Positions 47,085 to 56,578 of a stretch of DNA of 64,000 nucleotides are shown here, one piece after another; the first letter of the stretch is position 1, and each line of letters begins with the position of its first letter. Made by a program: the position numbers and the translations under genes. The notes below the pieces were generated by a model. That model was not told the origin of the DNA and did no database searches. It was given only the letters and a program-made list of their open reading frames with translations. The DNA comes from a bacterium (GTDB lineage Bacteria > Planctomycetota > Phycisphaerae > Phycisphaerales > SM1A02): contig JAPOKA010000007.1 of the NCBI GenBank assembly GCA_029977865.1, positions 5 through 64,004 of the forward strand, given 5' to 3'.

Positions 47085-48398
47085 CTAGATGAACCGCCAC
47101 ATCCACGACTCCAGGACCTCCTGCCGGCTCGAGGTCAGCGTCGGTTCCGGCGCGGCGCGAGCATGGTCGCGCAGGGAGGCGAGGGTGGCGGTGCCATCCT
47201 CGATCGATCGGCCCAGCGGCGAATCCCAGCCCGCGTAGCGCTCGTGCCGGGCGCGGGCGAAGCGGCCGTCGGCGCGGATTGCCGCTGCGGCGAGCAATCC
47301 GCGGGCGAAGGCGTCCATGCCGGCCACGTGGGCGTGGACCAGGTCGATCGGTTCGAACGAACCGCGGCGTCGCTTGGCGTCGAAGTTGAGGCCGCCGTCG
47401 CTGAATCCGCCCATCGCCAGGACCTCGAGCATCACCTTGGTCGCGAGCATGGGATCGGTCGGGAAGCGGTCGGTGTCCCACCCCGCATGCTCGTCGCCCA
47501 TGTTGGCGTCGATCGAGCCCAGGGCGCCCGCGGCCGCTGCCACCTGAAGTTCGTGCTCCATGGAGTGCCCGGCGAGGGTGGCATGGTTGGTCTCGATGTT
47601 GAGCTTGAAGCGCCCGGCAAGGCCGTGTTCGCGCAGGAAGGCAAGACAGGTCGCGGCATCGAAGTCGTACTGGTGGATGGTCGGCTCCTGCGGCTTGGGC
47701 TCGATGTAGAGCGAGCCGGTGAAGCCGATCGTGTCCGCGTGCGTCGCGGCCAGTTGAAGCATCCGAGCCAGATGTCGCTGCTCGCGGGCGAGGTCGGTGT
47801 TGAGCAGCGTGGAGTACCCCTCGCGACCGCCCCAGAAGACGTAGCCGCGGCCGCCGAGTCGCTGGGTCGCCTCCATCGCGGTCGCCACCTGAGCGGCGGC
47901 GCGGGCGAAGACCTCCGGCGAGTCGCTGGTGGCGGCGCCGTGCACGTAGCGGGGATGCGAGAAGAGGTTGGCGGTGCCCCAGAGGGTGCGGATGCCGGTC
48001 GCGTTCTGCAGGCCTTCCGCATGGGCGACCGCGGCGTCGAGCAGCCGCTCGCTCTCGGCTGGAGTCGATCCCTCCGGCGCGATGTCGCGATCGTGAAAGC
48101 ACCAGTGCCCGATCGACAGCTTCGAGAGCAGTTCGAAGAACGCATCGAGACGCACCCGGATCAGATCGAGCGGATCGCGTCGGCCAGACTCCCACGGCAT
48201 GTCCGCGGTGGGATCGCCGAAGGGGTCGGCGAGCCCGTTGCGCATGGTGTGCCAGAAGCACGAGGCGAAGCGCAGGTGGTCGCGCATCGGCTTGCCTTCC
48301 ACCAGTCGATCCGCCTGGTAGTGGCGGAAGGCGAAGGGATTGTCGCTCTCGGGACCCTCGAACTCGATTCTGGGCACGTGGGGGAAGTGATCGCTCAT
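47085..48398 (-). CDS. xylA: Xylose isomerase
   Basis: Track ORF trimmed to ATG 48398 (437 aa). FRHY, WCFHDRD, FWGGREGY, IEPKPQEPT, NIETNHATLAGH, DANMGD. Confidence 0.92.
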   Translation of the reverse strand: MSDHFPHVPRIEFEGPESDNPFAFRHYQADRLVEGKPMRDHLRFASCFWHTMRNGLADPFGDPTADMPWESGRRDPLDLIRVRLDAFFELLSKLSIGHWCFHDRDIAPEGSTPAESERLLDAAVAHAEGLQNATGIRTLWGTANLFSHPRYVHGAATSDSPEVFARAAAQVATAMEATQRLGGRGYVFWGGREGYSTLLNTDLAREQRHLARMLQLAATHADTIGFTGSLYIEPKPQEPTIHQYDFDAATCLAFLREHGLAGRFKLNIETNHATLAGHSMEHELQVAAAAGALGSIDANMGDEHAGWDTDRFPTDPMLATKVMLEVLAMGGFSDGGLNFDAKRRRGSFEPIDLVHAHVAGMDAFARGLLAAAAIRADGRFARARHERYAGWDSPLGRSIEDGTATLASLRDHARAAPEPTLTSSRQEVLESWMWRFI

Positions 48399-48423
48399 GG
48401 GCGGCAGACTAGTCTGCGGATCG

Positions 48424-49791
48424 ATGCACGACCCGGCCACCATCGTCGCGATCGCCTCGCCGCCGCCGAGGGCCTCGCGTGGCATCCTGCGGGTGAGTGG
48501 CGCGGCCGCTTTCGACCTGCTCGACGCCGCCCTGACTGGTCGCTGTCCGCGGCAACGCAGCGCAGTCGCGGTCTGCCTTCGGAGGGTCGACCCCATCGGC
48601 GGACCCCTGCCCGCGATGCTCCTGACCATGCCGGCGCCGAGAAGCTTCACCGGCGAGGACTGCGCCGAAGTGCTGTTGCCCGGCAACCCGCACCTTCTCG
48701 AGGGGGTGATCGCCGGGTGGCGGCGAATCGCCGGCGAGATCGGCCTGCCGCTTCGTGCCGCCGAGCCGGGCGAGTTCACGGCGCGGGCGTTCCTGCATGG
48801 ACGAATCGATCTCGAGCAGGCCGAGGGAATCGCCGCCACCATCGCCGCGACGAGCGACCTCGAACTCGAGGCCGCAGCGCGATTGCGCGGGGGTCGCACC
48901 GCGCAGGCGGGCGGTCGGGCGGCGGAGGAACTGCTCTCGCTGCTCGCGCGGCTCGAGGCGGGAATCGACTTCGCCGACGAGGAGGATGTGGTCGCGATCG
49001 AGGCGAGCGCCCTCGAGGGGGCGCTGGCCCCGCTGTCGGAGTCGCTGCGGGCGGTTGCCGCGGGCAAGCTCGGCGTGGAGCACCGCGCCTCGATTCCGCG
49101 GGTGGCGCTGGTGGGGCCTCCCAACGCCGGCAAGAGCGCGCTGTTCAATGCGCTGCTCGATCGTCGGCGAACGGTCGAGTCCGAGCGCGCGGGCTCGACT
49201 CGCGACGCCGTCGCCGAGCCGATTCGGCTCGCGGTCGCGTCGGGGCGAGGTTCGAGCGAAGCGATCCTCGTCGACCTCGCGGGCTTCGATGAGACCTCCG
49301 ATCCGCTCGGATCGACGGCGCAGGCGGTGGCTCGCGACGAGGCGGAGATGGCGAGCCTGCGGCTCTGGTGTCACCCTGCCGACGCAGGTCCGCCGCCGCC
49401 TCTGGCTGCGGGCGAGTTGCTGGTCTTCACCAAGATCGACCTCTCGCCACCGCCGCCGACCGACCTTCCGGCGATGGCCACGAGTGCCCGGACCGGCGCC
49501 GGGCTCGAGGCGCTCCGCGAGGCGATCGCGGTGCGGTTGGCGGCGACCCCGTCGCCGGTGCTTGCAACGATCGAGGCGCGGCATCGCGCTGCGCTCGAAG
49601 CGGCGATCGAACGGATCGAGGAGGCGCGGCTGCTCCTTCGAGGGACTCCCGCGGGAGCGGGTCCCCGTGCACCCGAACTGGTCGCGGAGTGCCTTCGCGC
49701 GGCGCTGGAGTCGATTGCCGCCATCGCCGGCCGACTCGAGCCCGAGGAGGTGCTCGGCCGGATCTTCGCGAGCTTCTGCATCGGCAAGTGA
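48424..49791 (+). CDS. mnmE: tRNA modification GTPase MnmE
   Basis: ATG 48424 (MHDPATIVAIAS); the track start 48397 would overlap the xylA start. GPPNAGKSALFNAL, STRD, and the C-terminal FCIGK. Confidence 0.9.
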   Translation: MHDPATIVAIASPPPRASRGILRVSGAAAFDLLDAALTGRCPRQRSAVAVCLRRVDPIGGPLPAMLLTMPAPRSFTGEDCAEVLLPGNPHLLEGVIAGWRRIAGEIGLPLRAAEPGEFTARAFLHGRIDLEQAEGIAATIAATSDLELEAAARLRGGRTAQAGGRAAEELLSLLARLEAGIDFADEEDVVAIEASALEGALAPLSESLRAVAAGKLGVEHRASIPRVALVGPPNAGKSALFNALLDRRRTVESERAGSTRDAVAEPIRLAVASGRGSSEAILVDLAGFDETSDPLGSTAQAVARDEAEMASLRLWCHPADAGPPPPLAAGELLVFTKIDLSPPPPTDLPAMATSARTGAGLEALREAIAVRLAATPSPVLATIEARHRAALEAAIERIEEARLLLRGTPAGAGPRAPELVAECLRAALESIAAIAGRLEPEEVLGRIFASFCIGK

Positions 49792-49834
49792 AGCGGGCCG
49801 CGCGGGCGGGTTCGCTGACGGTTCGCTACCGACC

Positions 49835-52108
49835 CTACCGGCGGTCCTTGAACTTCTTCTGCTTCGACGAGCGGTCCTTCTCGGCCTGCCGCTCCTTCGC
49901 CCGCTCGAGGGCTTCGGCGTACATCCGCCCGAGCTTGTCGCGGGTCTTGCCGACCGGACGAGCCTTGCCGTTGGCGGCGGCGTCCTTGGGAAGGCTGTCG
50001 AGGTGGGCGATGCGCCGTCGGATGGCGCGGCTCTCGACGATTCCGATGCAGCTCGAGGTGAGGATGTAGAGGGTGAGCCCGCTCGGCGCCGCGTAGAGCA
50101 TGAGCGGGAACATCACCACCATCATCACCTTCATGATCTTCTGCTGCTGCTGCTGCTCCTCGGTGAGGGTCGCGCTGGTGGGCGGCGCCATGTACTTCTG
50201 CTGGAACCAGAAGACCAGTCCCATCATCAGCGGCAGCAGGTTGATGCCCCGCAGGGTGAAGAGCCAGAGGTCGATCGCCTGCGGGAACATCACGAAGCCG
50301 TCCGGAGCGCTCAGATCGCCGAGGAAGCCCCATCCGCCGGCGAGCTGGAAGACCCCGAAGAACGCCGGCTGCTGCCGCAGCTCGAACGCGAAGAAGAGCA
50401 TCGCGTAGAGGGCGATCCAGATCGGCATCTGCAGGAAGGTCGGGAGCATGCCGCCGAGACAGCCCGCGGGGTTGACGCCCTTCTCGCGATAGAGGCGCAG
50501 CTGCTCCTGCTGGAGCTTCTTCGGATCGTCGCGGAACTTCTTCTGCAGCGCCTCGAGTTCGGGCTTGAGGTCGGCCATGCCCTTGCCGAAGCGGCTCATC
50601 TGGATCTGGGCGCGGCGGGTGAGCGGGTGCAGCAGGAAGCGCACCACCACCACCAGCAGGATGATCGAGATCGCCCAGTCGAAGGCGATGTAGTTGTGGA
50701 TGAACGCCAGGAAGACCACCAGCATGTTCGCGAGCCACGCGAACGTGCACACCGTGCAGCAGGAGTTCATCACGTAGGTGATGAGCCCGCCGAGGTTCAT
50801 GGCCGCGTAGGGCTGCTCGTCGAGGAGGATGGTGCGTTCGAGCGGGCCGGCGTAGACCCCGAGGTCCCACGAGGCCTCGCTGCCGGGCGCGATGGTCTTC
50901 TCCGGCCCATCGAGCAGGCTGAAGACCACCGGGTCGCCGCCTGCGGAGAAGCCCAACTGCGTGCGCACGGTGGAGACGCTCTCGAGCAGGCTCTTCGACT
51001 TCTGGGCGGGTGGCGCGAAGGGTGCATAGACCGCGAGGCTGAAGTAGCGGTTGGTCGATCCGAACCAGGAGATGGTCAGGTTCTCGTCGCGACTGTCGCG
51101 GTTGGGCCAGAGCGAGAAGTCGCCCTCGTTGACCCGATCGATGACGTCCTTGCGTTCGAACATCTGTCCGCTCGCGAGGACGATCGCCTGGCTTGGATCG
51201 CGGGCCGGCGGCATCAGGTATCCGAAGTGGAACCGGCGCACCTCGATGTAGCTGTCGCGATCGGGGTCGAGATCGCCGGGGCCGTAGTGCTGCAGCGAGA
51301 TGCGCAGCGGTCGGTCGGTGAGATTCCGCACCCGCTGCGCGAGGTCGATCCGGTATCCCTCGACCACGCCTGCGCCGATCGAGAAGCGCCGCTCGATCTC
51401 GAGAATCGCCACTCCGTCGGCATCGCGAACGGTGCTGCGGAAGAGGCCCGGCTCCGGCTCCGACCACACCGCACCGAAGATGTTGACCGCCTCTCCGTCG
51501 ACGCGGAGGGCCCGCATCGCGAGCAGCGGGACCTCGAAGGTCTCGTTGTCGCCGGCGAGCTTGCCGAGGGTGGTGAGCTGGTAGCGATCGGACTCCGGAG
51601 GCATCGGCGCCGCGTCGGGCGTGCCCAGTGCGGCCGCCTTCGCGTGCGCCGCCGCGAGGCGGTTCTCGGCGGCCGACCTCCAGTAGCCGGCGAAGACGAT
51701 GCGATCGATGCCGGCGCCGCTTGCTGCGAAGTCGATGCGGTAGGGGTGCGCCTCGGGGTCGAGCGAGCCGAGCGAAGTGGGTGCGACGAGCGCTTCGCCC
51801 GCCGGCACCGCCACGAGTCCGGTCGGCGCAGCAGTGGCCGCGGCGGCGTCGGACTCGTCTGCTTCGCCCGCCTCGGGCGTGGCGTCGCTCCGCTCGGGAG
51901 CGGTGGTGTCGTCCGCGAGATCGATCGCGGCATCCGACCGATCGGCCTCCGCGATCGAGGCCGTTTCGGAAGCGGTGCTCGCTTCGGCCTGCTCGGTCGA
52001 GGTCTGGTTGTTCTTGCCCCGGCCGCCCAACACCATCATCAGGAAGACGAGGGTGGCGCCGGCGGCGGCGATCAGTGGGAACAGAAGCCTTCGTGCGTTG
52101 GGATTCAT
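49835..52108 (-). CDS. yidC: Membrane protein insertase YidC
   Basis: N-terminal TM, large periplasmic domain, and a C-terminal Oxa1 core (HPLTRRAQIQM, GVNPAGCLGGMLPTFLQMPIWIALY, PSGLTLYILTSS). Confidence 0.9.
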   Translation of the reverse strand: MNPNARRLLFPLIAAAGATLVFLMMVLGGRGKNNQTSTEQAEASTASETASIAEADRSDAAIDLADDTTAPERSDATPEAGEADESDAAAATAAPTGLVAVPAGEALVAPTSLGSLDPEAHPYRIDFAASGAGIDRIVFAGYWRSAAENRLAAAHAKAAALGTPDAAPMPPESDRYQLTTLGKLAGDNETFEVPLLAMRALRVDGEAVNIFGAVWSEPEPGLFRSTVRDADGVAILEIERRFSIGAGVVEGYRIDLAQRVRNLTDRPLRISLQHYGPGDLDPDRDSYIEVRRFHFGYLMPPARDPSQAIVLASGQMFERKDVIDRVNEGDFSLWPNRDSRDENLTISWFGSTNRYFSLAVYAPFAPPAQKSKSLLESVSTVRTQLGFSAGGDPVVFSLLDGPEKTIAPGSEASWDLGVYAGPLERTILLDEQPYAAMNLGGLITYVMNSCCTVCTFAWLANMLVVFLAFIHNYIAFDWAISIILLVVVVRFLLHPLTRRAQIQMSRFGKGMADLKPELEALQKKFRDDPKKLQQEQLRLYREKGVNPAGCLGGMLPTFLQMPIWIALYAMLFFAFELRQQPAFFGVFQLAGGWGFLGDLSAPDGFVMFPQAIDLWLFTLRGINLLPLMMGLVFWFQQKYMAPPTSATLTEEQQQQQKIMKVMMVVMFPLMLYAAPSGLTLYILTSSCIGIVESRAIRRRIAHLDSLPKDAAANGKARPVGKTRDKLGRMYAEALERAKERQAEKDRSSKQKKFKDRR

Positions 52109-52183
52109 GGATTGGATCGGGTCAGGCGTCCACCGGTGTCGAGCCGCGGTTCGCTTGCCGCGACGGGCCAGCTGCCCATCGCG

Positions 52184-52960
52184 TCAACGACCTTCCAGCA
52201 GTCGATCGCCGAGCCAGTCGTTGAGTTCGGGAATCGCATGGATGCGATCGACGGTCCGCTGGATGTCGTACTCGCAGCGGATGAACTCGACCGTCGCCTC
52301 GGCCCCTCCATTGGAGAGGATCGCGTAGCTGGCGCGGGGGTCGTAGTCGCGGGGCTGGCCCACCGAGCCCGGATTCACCACCACCTTGTGGCCGGCTTCG
52401 AGGCGAAAGAGGTTGTCGAACTCGGCGGGCCGCAGGAAGTCGGGGTCGTCGATGAAGACGCCCGGCACGTGGGTGTGGCCGACCAGACAGGCGCGGTCGA
52501 AGCGATCGAAGATCTGCTCCATCTTGGCGGGGCTGTTCTGGGCATCGTCGGGGAAGAGGTACTCGTTGATGGGTCGCCGGGGCGTGCCGTGCACGCAGAG
52601 GAACTCCTCGTCCATCAGCACCCGCACCCGAAGGCGATTGAGGTAGTCGAGCCGGGCCCGTCCGCGCTCGGGGTCGGTCCTTGCGGCCGACTCGATCTGA
52701 TCGCGGCTCCAGTAGGCGGCCTGCTCAGCCGCGGCATTGAAGTTGGTGGGCTCGTAGAGCACCCCGAAGTCGTGGTTGCCCATCAGCGACCACTCGCAGC
52801 GGCTCGCCACGAGATCGACGCACTCGACCGGATCGGGCCCGTAGCCGACCACGTCGCCGAGGCAGACGATGCGGTCGACCCCCCGGGCGTCGATGTCGGC
52901 CAGAACCGCTTCGAACGCCGAAAGGTTCGCGTGGATGTCGCTGATGAGGGCGGTCCGCAC
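52184..52960 (-). CDS. Metallophosphoesterase (YfcE/MJ0936-like)
   Basis: GTG start 52960 follows ggag. ISDIHAN, CLGDVVGYG, MGNHD, GHTHVP. Confidence 0.8.
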   Translation of the reverse strand: MRTALISDIHANLSAFEAVLADIDARGVDRIVCLGDVVGYGPDPVECVDLVASRCEWSLMGNHDFGVLYEPTNFNAAAEQAAYWSRDQIESAARTDPERGRARLDYLNRLRVRVLMDEEFLCVHGTPRRPINEYLFPDDAQNSPAKMEQIFDRFDRACLVGHTHVPGVFIDDPDFLRPAEFDNLFRLEAGHKVVVNPGSVGQPRDYDPRASYAILSNGGAEATVEFIRCEYDIQRTVDRIHAIPELNDWLGDRLLEGR

Positions 52961-53100
52961 TCGGATCTCCGGGGGAAACGGCGGATGCTAACGGAGCAGA
53001 ATCCTCCGTCAAAGGATGCGGCGAATCGGGATCGATCCACCGATAGAATGCCGCCCCCCGCGGGCGGATCAGGCCGCCGGCCGGGTGGAGCGACGCCCCC

Positions 53101-54600
53101 GTGAGTGATTCCAACAACCCGACGCCGTCGAGGCACTTCGACCTTCTCGTGATCGGCGGCGGCCCCGGCGGCTACGTCGGGGCGATCCGTGCGGCACAGA
53201 TGGGAATGAAGGTGGCCTGCGTCGAGCGCGACAAACTCGGCGGGGTCTGCCTCAACTGGGGGTGCATTCCCACCAAGGCGCTGCTGCACAACGCAGAGCT
53301 CTACCGCGAGGCGATCGCCCACGGATCGGAGTGGGGCATCGAGGTCGACCCCAAGGCGGTCAAAGTCGACTGGGAGAAGGTGATCGGCCGCAGCCGCAAG
53401 ATCACCGGCACCCTGAACAACGGGATCGCCTACCTCTTCAAGAAGAACAAGATCGAGCACCTCGCCGGTCACGCCCGGATCCTCTCAGGGGCGGCGGGGG
53501 GCAAGCCCTGCACCGTGGAGATTCGCGAGCCGGAAGGGCACTACTACCGGGGCGGCGGCAGCAAGGCCTCCTCCACGGTCACCGCCGATCGGATCCTCAT
53601 CGCGACCGGCGCCGCCCCGCGGCCGCTGCCGGGGGTCGAAGCCGACGGCACCGTGGTGGTGACGAGCTTCGAGGCGCTGACCATCCCCAAGCGTCCCGCC
53701 TCGATGGTCATCGTGGGCTCGGGGGCGATCGGAATGGAGTTCGCGTACTTCTTCAATGCCTTCGGCACGAAGGTCACCGTGGTCGAGATGCAGGATCGGA
53801 TCCTGCCGGTCGAGGACGACGAGATCTCCGCCGCGGCGGAGAAGGCCTTCTCGCGGCAGGGGATCGAGTTCCTCACCGGCCACACCGTTGCCAAGGTCGA
53901 GAAGAAGGGCTCCGGCGCGGTGGTCACCGCGGCGTCGGCCAAGGACCCCGCGTCGACCAAGTCGCTCGAGTGCGAAGTGGTGCTAGTCGCGATCGGCGTG
54001 ATGGGTCGCTTCGACGGACTCTTCGACGAGAAGCTCGGCCTGCGGGTCGAGAAGGGCCACCTCTGGACCGACTACCGCGAGAGCAAGTCGCCGACCTACA
54101 AGACCAGTGTGCCGGGGATCTACGCCATCGGCGACGTGATCGGGCCGCCGTGGCTCGCCCACGTCGCGAGCGAGGAGGCGGTTGCCTGCGTCGAGCGGAT
54201 GCTCGGCCACCACACCCTCGGCGTCGACTACGCCGCGATTCCAGGCTGCACCTACTGCAACCCCCAGATCGGCTCGATCGGCATGACCGAGCGCGATGCG
54301 AAGGCAAAGGGGATCGACTACCAGGTCGGGGTTTACCAGCTCAAGGGTCACGGCAAGGCCATCGCCGTCGGCGCGACGACCGGTCTCGTCAAGCTCATCA
54401 CCTCGAAGCCCTACGGGGAGATCCTCGGTTGCCACATCCTGGGCGAGGACGCCTCGGAACTGATCGGGGAGATCGGCCTGGCCATCCGGCTCGAGGCGAC
54501 CGCCGAGGACATCATTTCGACCGTGCACGCCCACCCCACCATGGGCGAGTCGATCCACGAGGCGGCGCTGGCGACCGAAAAGCGGGCCATTCACGCCTGA
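53101..54600 (+). CDS. lpdA: Dihydrolipoyl dehydrogenase
   Basis: GTG start. VIGGGPGGY, GGVCLNWGCIPTK (redox disulfide), GSGAIGMEFA, HAHPTMGE. Confidence 0.9.
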   Translation: MSDSNNPTPSRHFDLLVIGGGPGGYVGAIRAAQMGMKVACVERDKLGGVCLNWGCIPTKALLHNAELYREAIAHGSEWGIEVDPKAVKVDWEKVIGRSRKITGTLNNGIAYLFKKNKIEHLAGHARILSGAAGGKPCTVEIREPEGHYYRGGGSKASSTVTADRILIATGAAPRPLPGVEADGTVVVTSFEALTIPKRPASMVIVGSGAIGMEFAYFFNAFGTKVTVVEMQDRILPVEDDEISAAAEKAFSRQGIEFLTGHTVAKVEKKGSGAVVTAASAKDPASTKSLECEVVLVAIGVMGRFDGLFDEKLGLRVEKGHLWTDYRESKSPTYKTSVPGIYAIGDVIGPPWLAHVASEEAVACVERMLGHHTLGVDYAAIPGCTYCNPQIGSIGMTERDAKAKGIDYQVGVYQLKGHGKAIAVGATTGLVKLITSKPYGEILGCHILGEDASELIGEIGLAIRLEATAEDIISTVHAHPTMGESIHEAALATEKRAIHA

Positions 54601-54697
54601 CTGTCGCGGACCCCGCGGTCGAGCATTGACCCCGCACGGGGCGTCTCGGTACGGTTGAGGCATCGTCTGTTCCGATCCGTCGCCCGGAGTCCGAGCC

Positions 54698-55321
54698 GTG
54701 TCCACCTCCGCGACCCTTGCCCCGCTGCCAGACTTCGAACGCATCTACCAGGATGCCGCCGGCGACCGCTCGCGAATCCCCTGGTCGCGCGGTGGTCCCG
54801 ATCCGGCCCTGCTCGAGTGGCTCGACCGCGACGCACCGGCGCTCCTTCGCACCGGATGCAGGACCATCGTGCCTGGTTGCGGTCTTGGCGACGACGCGCG
54901 GGCGCTTCTGCATCGAGGCTACGACGTGGTCGGCTTCGACCTCAGCGAGACCGCGATCGAGTGGGCTCGCGAGATCGAGCCGGCGGACGCACGCCGCTTC
55001 TGCGTGGGCGACCTCTTCTCGCCGCCGTCGCGCTGGATCCATCGCTTCGATCTGGTGACGGACTGCTTCTGCCTGCAGTCGCTGCCGCCCGCGGTGCAGC
55101 CGGCGGGGATGGCGGCGCTGGCGAACCTGCTTTCTCCGCACGGGCTGCTGGTCCTGGTCGGGCATGTCGGTGATCGCCCGGCGCGAGAAGTCGATGGACC
55201 TCCGTGGCCGATCGCCCGCGGCGACGCGGAGCGAATGGCGAAGGAGGCCGGCCTCAGGACGGTTTCGGTCGATGTGGCGCTCGAGGGCTCGAGGCTGCGC
55301 GCGGTCTTCTCGCGCGCCTAG
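54698..55321 (+). CDS. Class I SAM-dependent methyltransferase
   Basis: GTG start. IVPGCGLGDDA (motif I), VVGFDLSE, FDLVTD. Confidence 0.7.
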   Translation: MSTSATLAPLPDFERIYQDAAGDRSRIPWSRGGPDPALLEWLDRDAPALLRTGCRTIVPGCGLGDDARALLHRGYDVVGFDLSETAIEWAREIEPADARRFCVGDLFSPPSRWIHRFDLVTDCFCLQSLPPAVQPAGMAALANLLSPHGLLVLVGHVGDRPAREVDGPPWPIARGDAERMAKEAGLRTVSVDVALEGSRLRAVFSRA

Positions 55322-55437
55322 GCAGCGCACGATCGGATCGACCGCACCACCTTGGCTGCTTGCCGCCAATCAGGACGTTCCGATGGATGGTCTCCGGTCG
55401 ATTTGCCGATGCGGTCCGTCGATCGGAGTCCTAACCA

Positions 55438-56571
55438 ATGAGTGGCGCCCAGACGCGGGTCCTGCAGCTGATCGGTGACTTCGAGCAAGGGGGTGATGGT
55501 CGGGTCGCGCGCAATCTGGCCTTGGCCCTTCGGCAGGACGGCATGGATGCCAACTGCATCGCGCTGCGAAGCAAGGCCCTTGGCGAGCGCGGCCACCCTG
55601 CCGATGCCGCCATGGGCATCGGTGCGGGGCTTCTGACCAATCTGCGTGGTGGCTGGAGACTGCGGCGATTGCTCCTCGAAGATCGTCCCGATCTGATCCA
55701 TGTGCACGGGCCGTCATCGTTGGTGTTCCTGCAGGCGGTGGTGCGGACCCTCCCCAAGCGTCCGCGGGTGTGGTTCACCTGGCACGACTCCGGATCGGTG
55801 CACGGCGCCCGCAGGCGCTCGGTCCGCTGGGCGGTCGCCGGCTGCGAGCGGGTGTTCGGATCCTCCACGGAGGTTGCATCGCGACTCTCGGTGGCCCTGG
55901 GGGGACGGTCTGTCGAAGTCTTCCGGAACGGGATCCCCCCGCTGCCGATCACCACTGCCGCCGCCGACGAGGTGCCGACGATCGCTTGGGCTGCACGGAT
56001 CGATCCGGTGAAGAATCCGATGGCGCTCGTGCGTGCGGCAGGCAGACTTCACCGGGAGGGGCTGCGGTTTCGACTGGTGATGGGGGGTGCCGCCGGCGCA
56101 CGGACGGCCTGGCTGGCCGATGAGATCCGCGAGTATGTGCAGGCCCACGGGCTGGCGGACGTGGTGTCGCTGCCCGGTTGGATGTCACAGGTGGAGTCGC
56201 TGTGGACCGGTGCCGCGATCGGCGTGCAGACCTCGGGTTCGGAGGGGCTCAGCATGACTCTGCTGGAGCAAGCCATGTCCGGTCTTGCCATCGTCGCGAC
56301 CGATGTCGGCGACACCTCCACGGTGATCGAGCACGAACGGACCGGACTGCTGATCGCCCGGGATGACGAGTCCGCCCTCACCGACGCCATCCGCAGGCTG
56401 TTGTGCGATGCGCCGCTCAGACTGAGACTCGGCGCCGCGGCGCGGGAACTCGCGATCCGGGAGTTCGGCCTTGCCGCCCTGACGCGGCAGGTCCGCGACC
56501 GCTTCGAGGCTCCGCCCTCGACCGGCACGCTGCCTCCGACCGGTCAAGTTCGCGGCCCAACGGACCGATAG
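55438..56571 (+). CDS. Glycosyltransferase family 4 (GT-B, group 1)
   Basis: VLQLIGDFEQGG, ARIDPVKN, SGSEGLSMTLLEQAMSGLAIVATDVG (EX7E-like). Confidence 0.8.
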   Translation: MSGAQTRVLQLIGDFEQGGDGRVARNLALALRQDGMDANCIALRSKALGERGHPADAAMGIGAGLLTNLRGGWRLRRLLLEDRPDLIHVHGPSSLVFLQAVVRTLPKRPRVWFTWHDSGSVHGARRRSVRWAVAGCERVFGSSTEVASRLSVALGGRSVEVFRNGIPPLPITTAAADEVPTIAWAARIDPVKNPMALVRAAGRLHREGLRFRLVMGGAAGARTAWLADEIREYVQAHGLADVVSLPGWMSQVESLWTGAAIGVQTSGSEGLSMTLLEQAMSGLAIVATDVGDTSTVIEHERTGLLIARDDESALTDAIRRLLCDAPLRLRLGAAARELAIREFGLAALTRQVRDRFEAPPSTGTLPPTGQVRGPTDR

Positions 56572-56578
56572 GACGCCC

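Noticed and set aside
49792-49834. GC-rich palindrome (ccgcgcgg) between convergent mnmE and yidC as a bidirectional terminator.
   Set aside because: It is a perfect palindrome with no loop and no flanking T/A tracts.
50141-50156. (CTG)5 microsatellite.
   Set aside because: It lies inside yidC and simply encodes the QQQQQ stretch (TEEQQQQQK) on the minus strand. This is a short, in-frame, low-complexity run.
46110-53104. Giant plus-strand ORFs 46110..49292 (1060 aa) and 48755..53104 (1449 aa).
   Set aside because: They run antisense or out of frame through xylA, mnmE, yidC and the metallophosphoesterase, all of which are securely identified.
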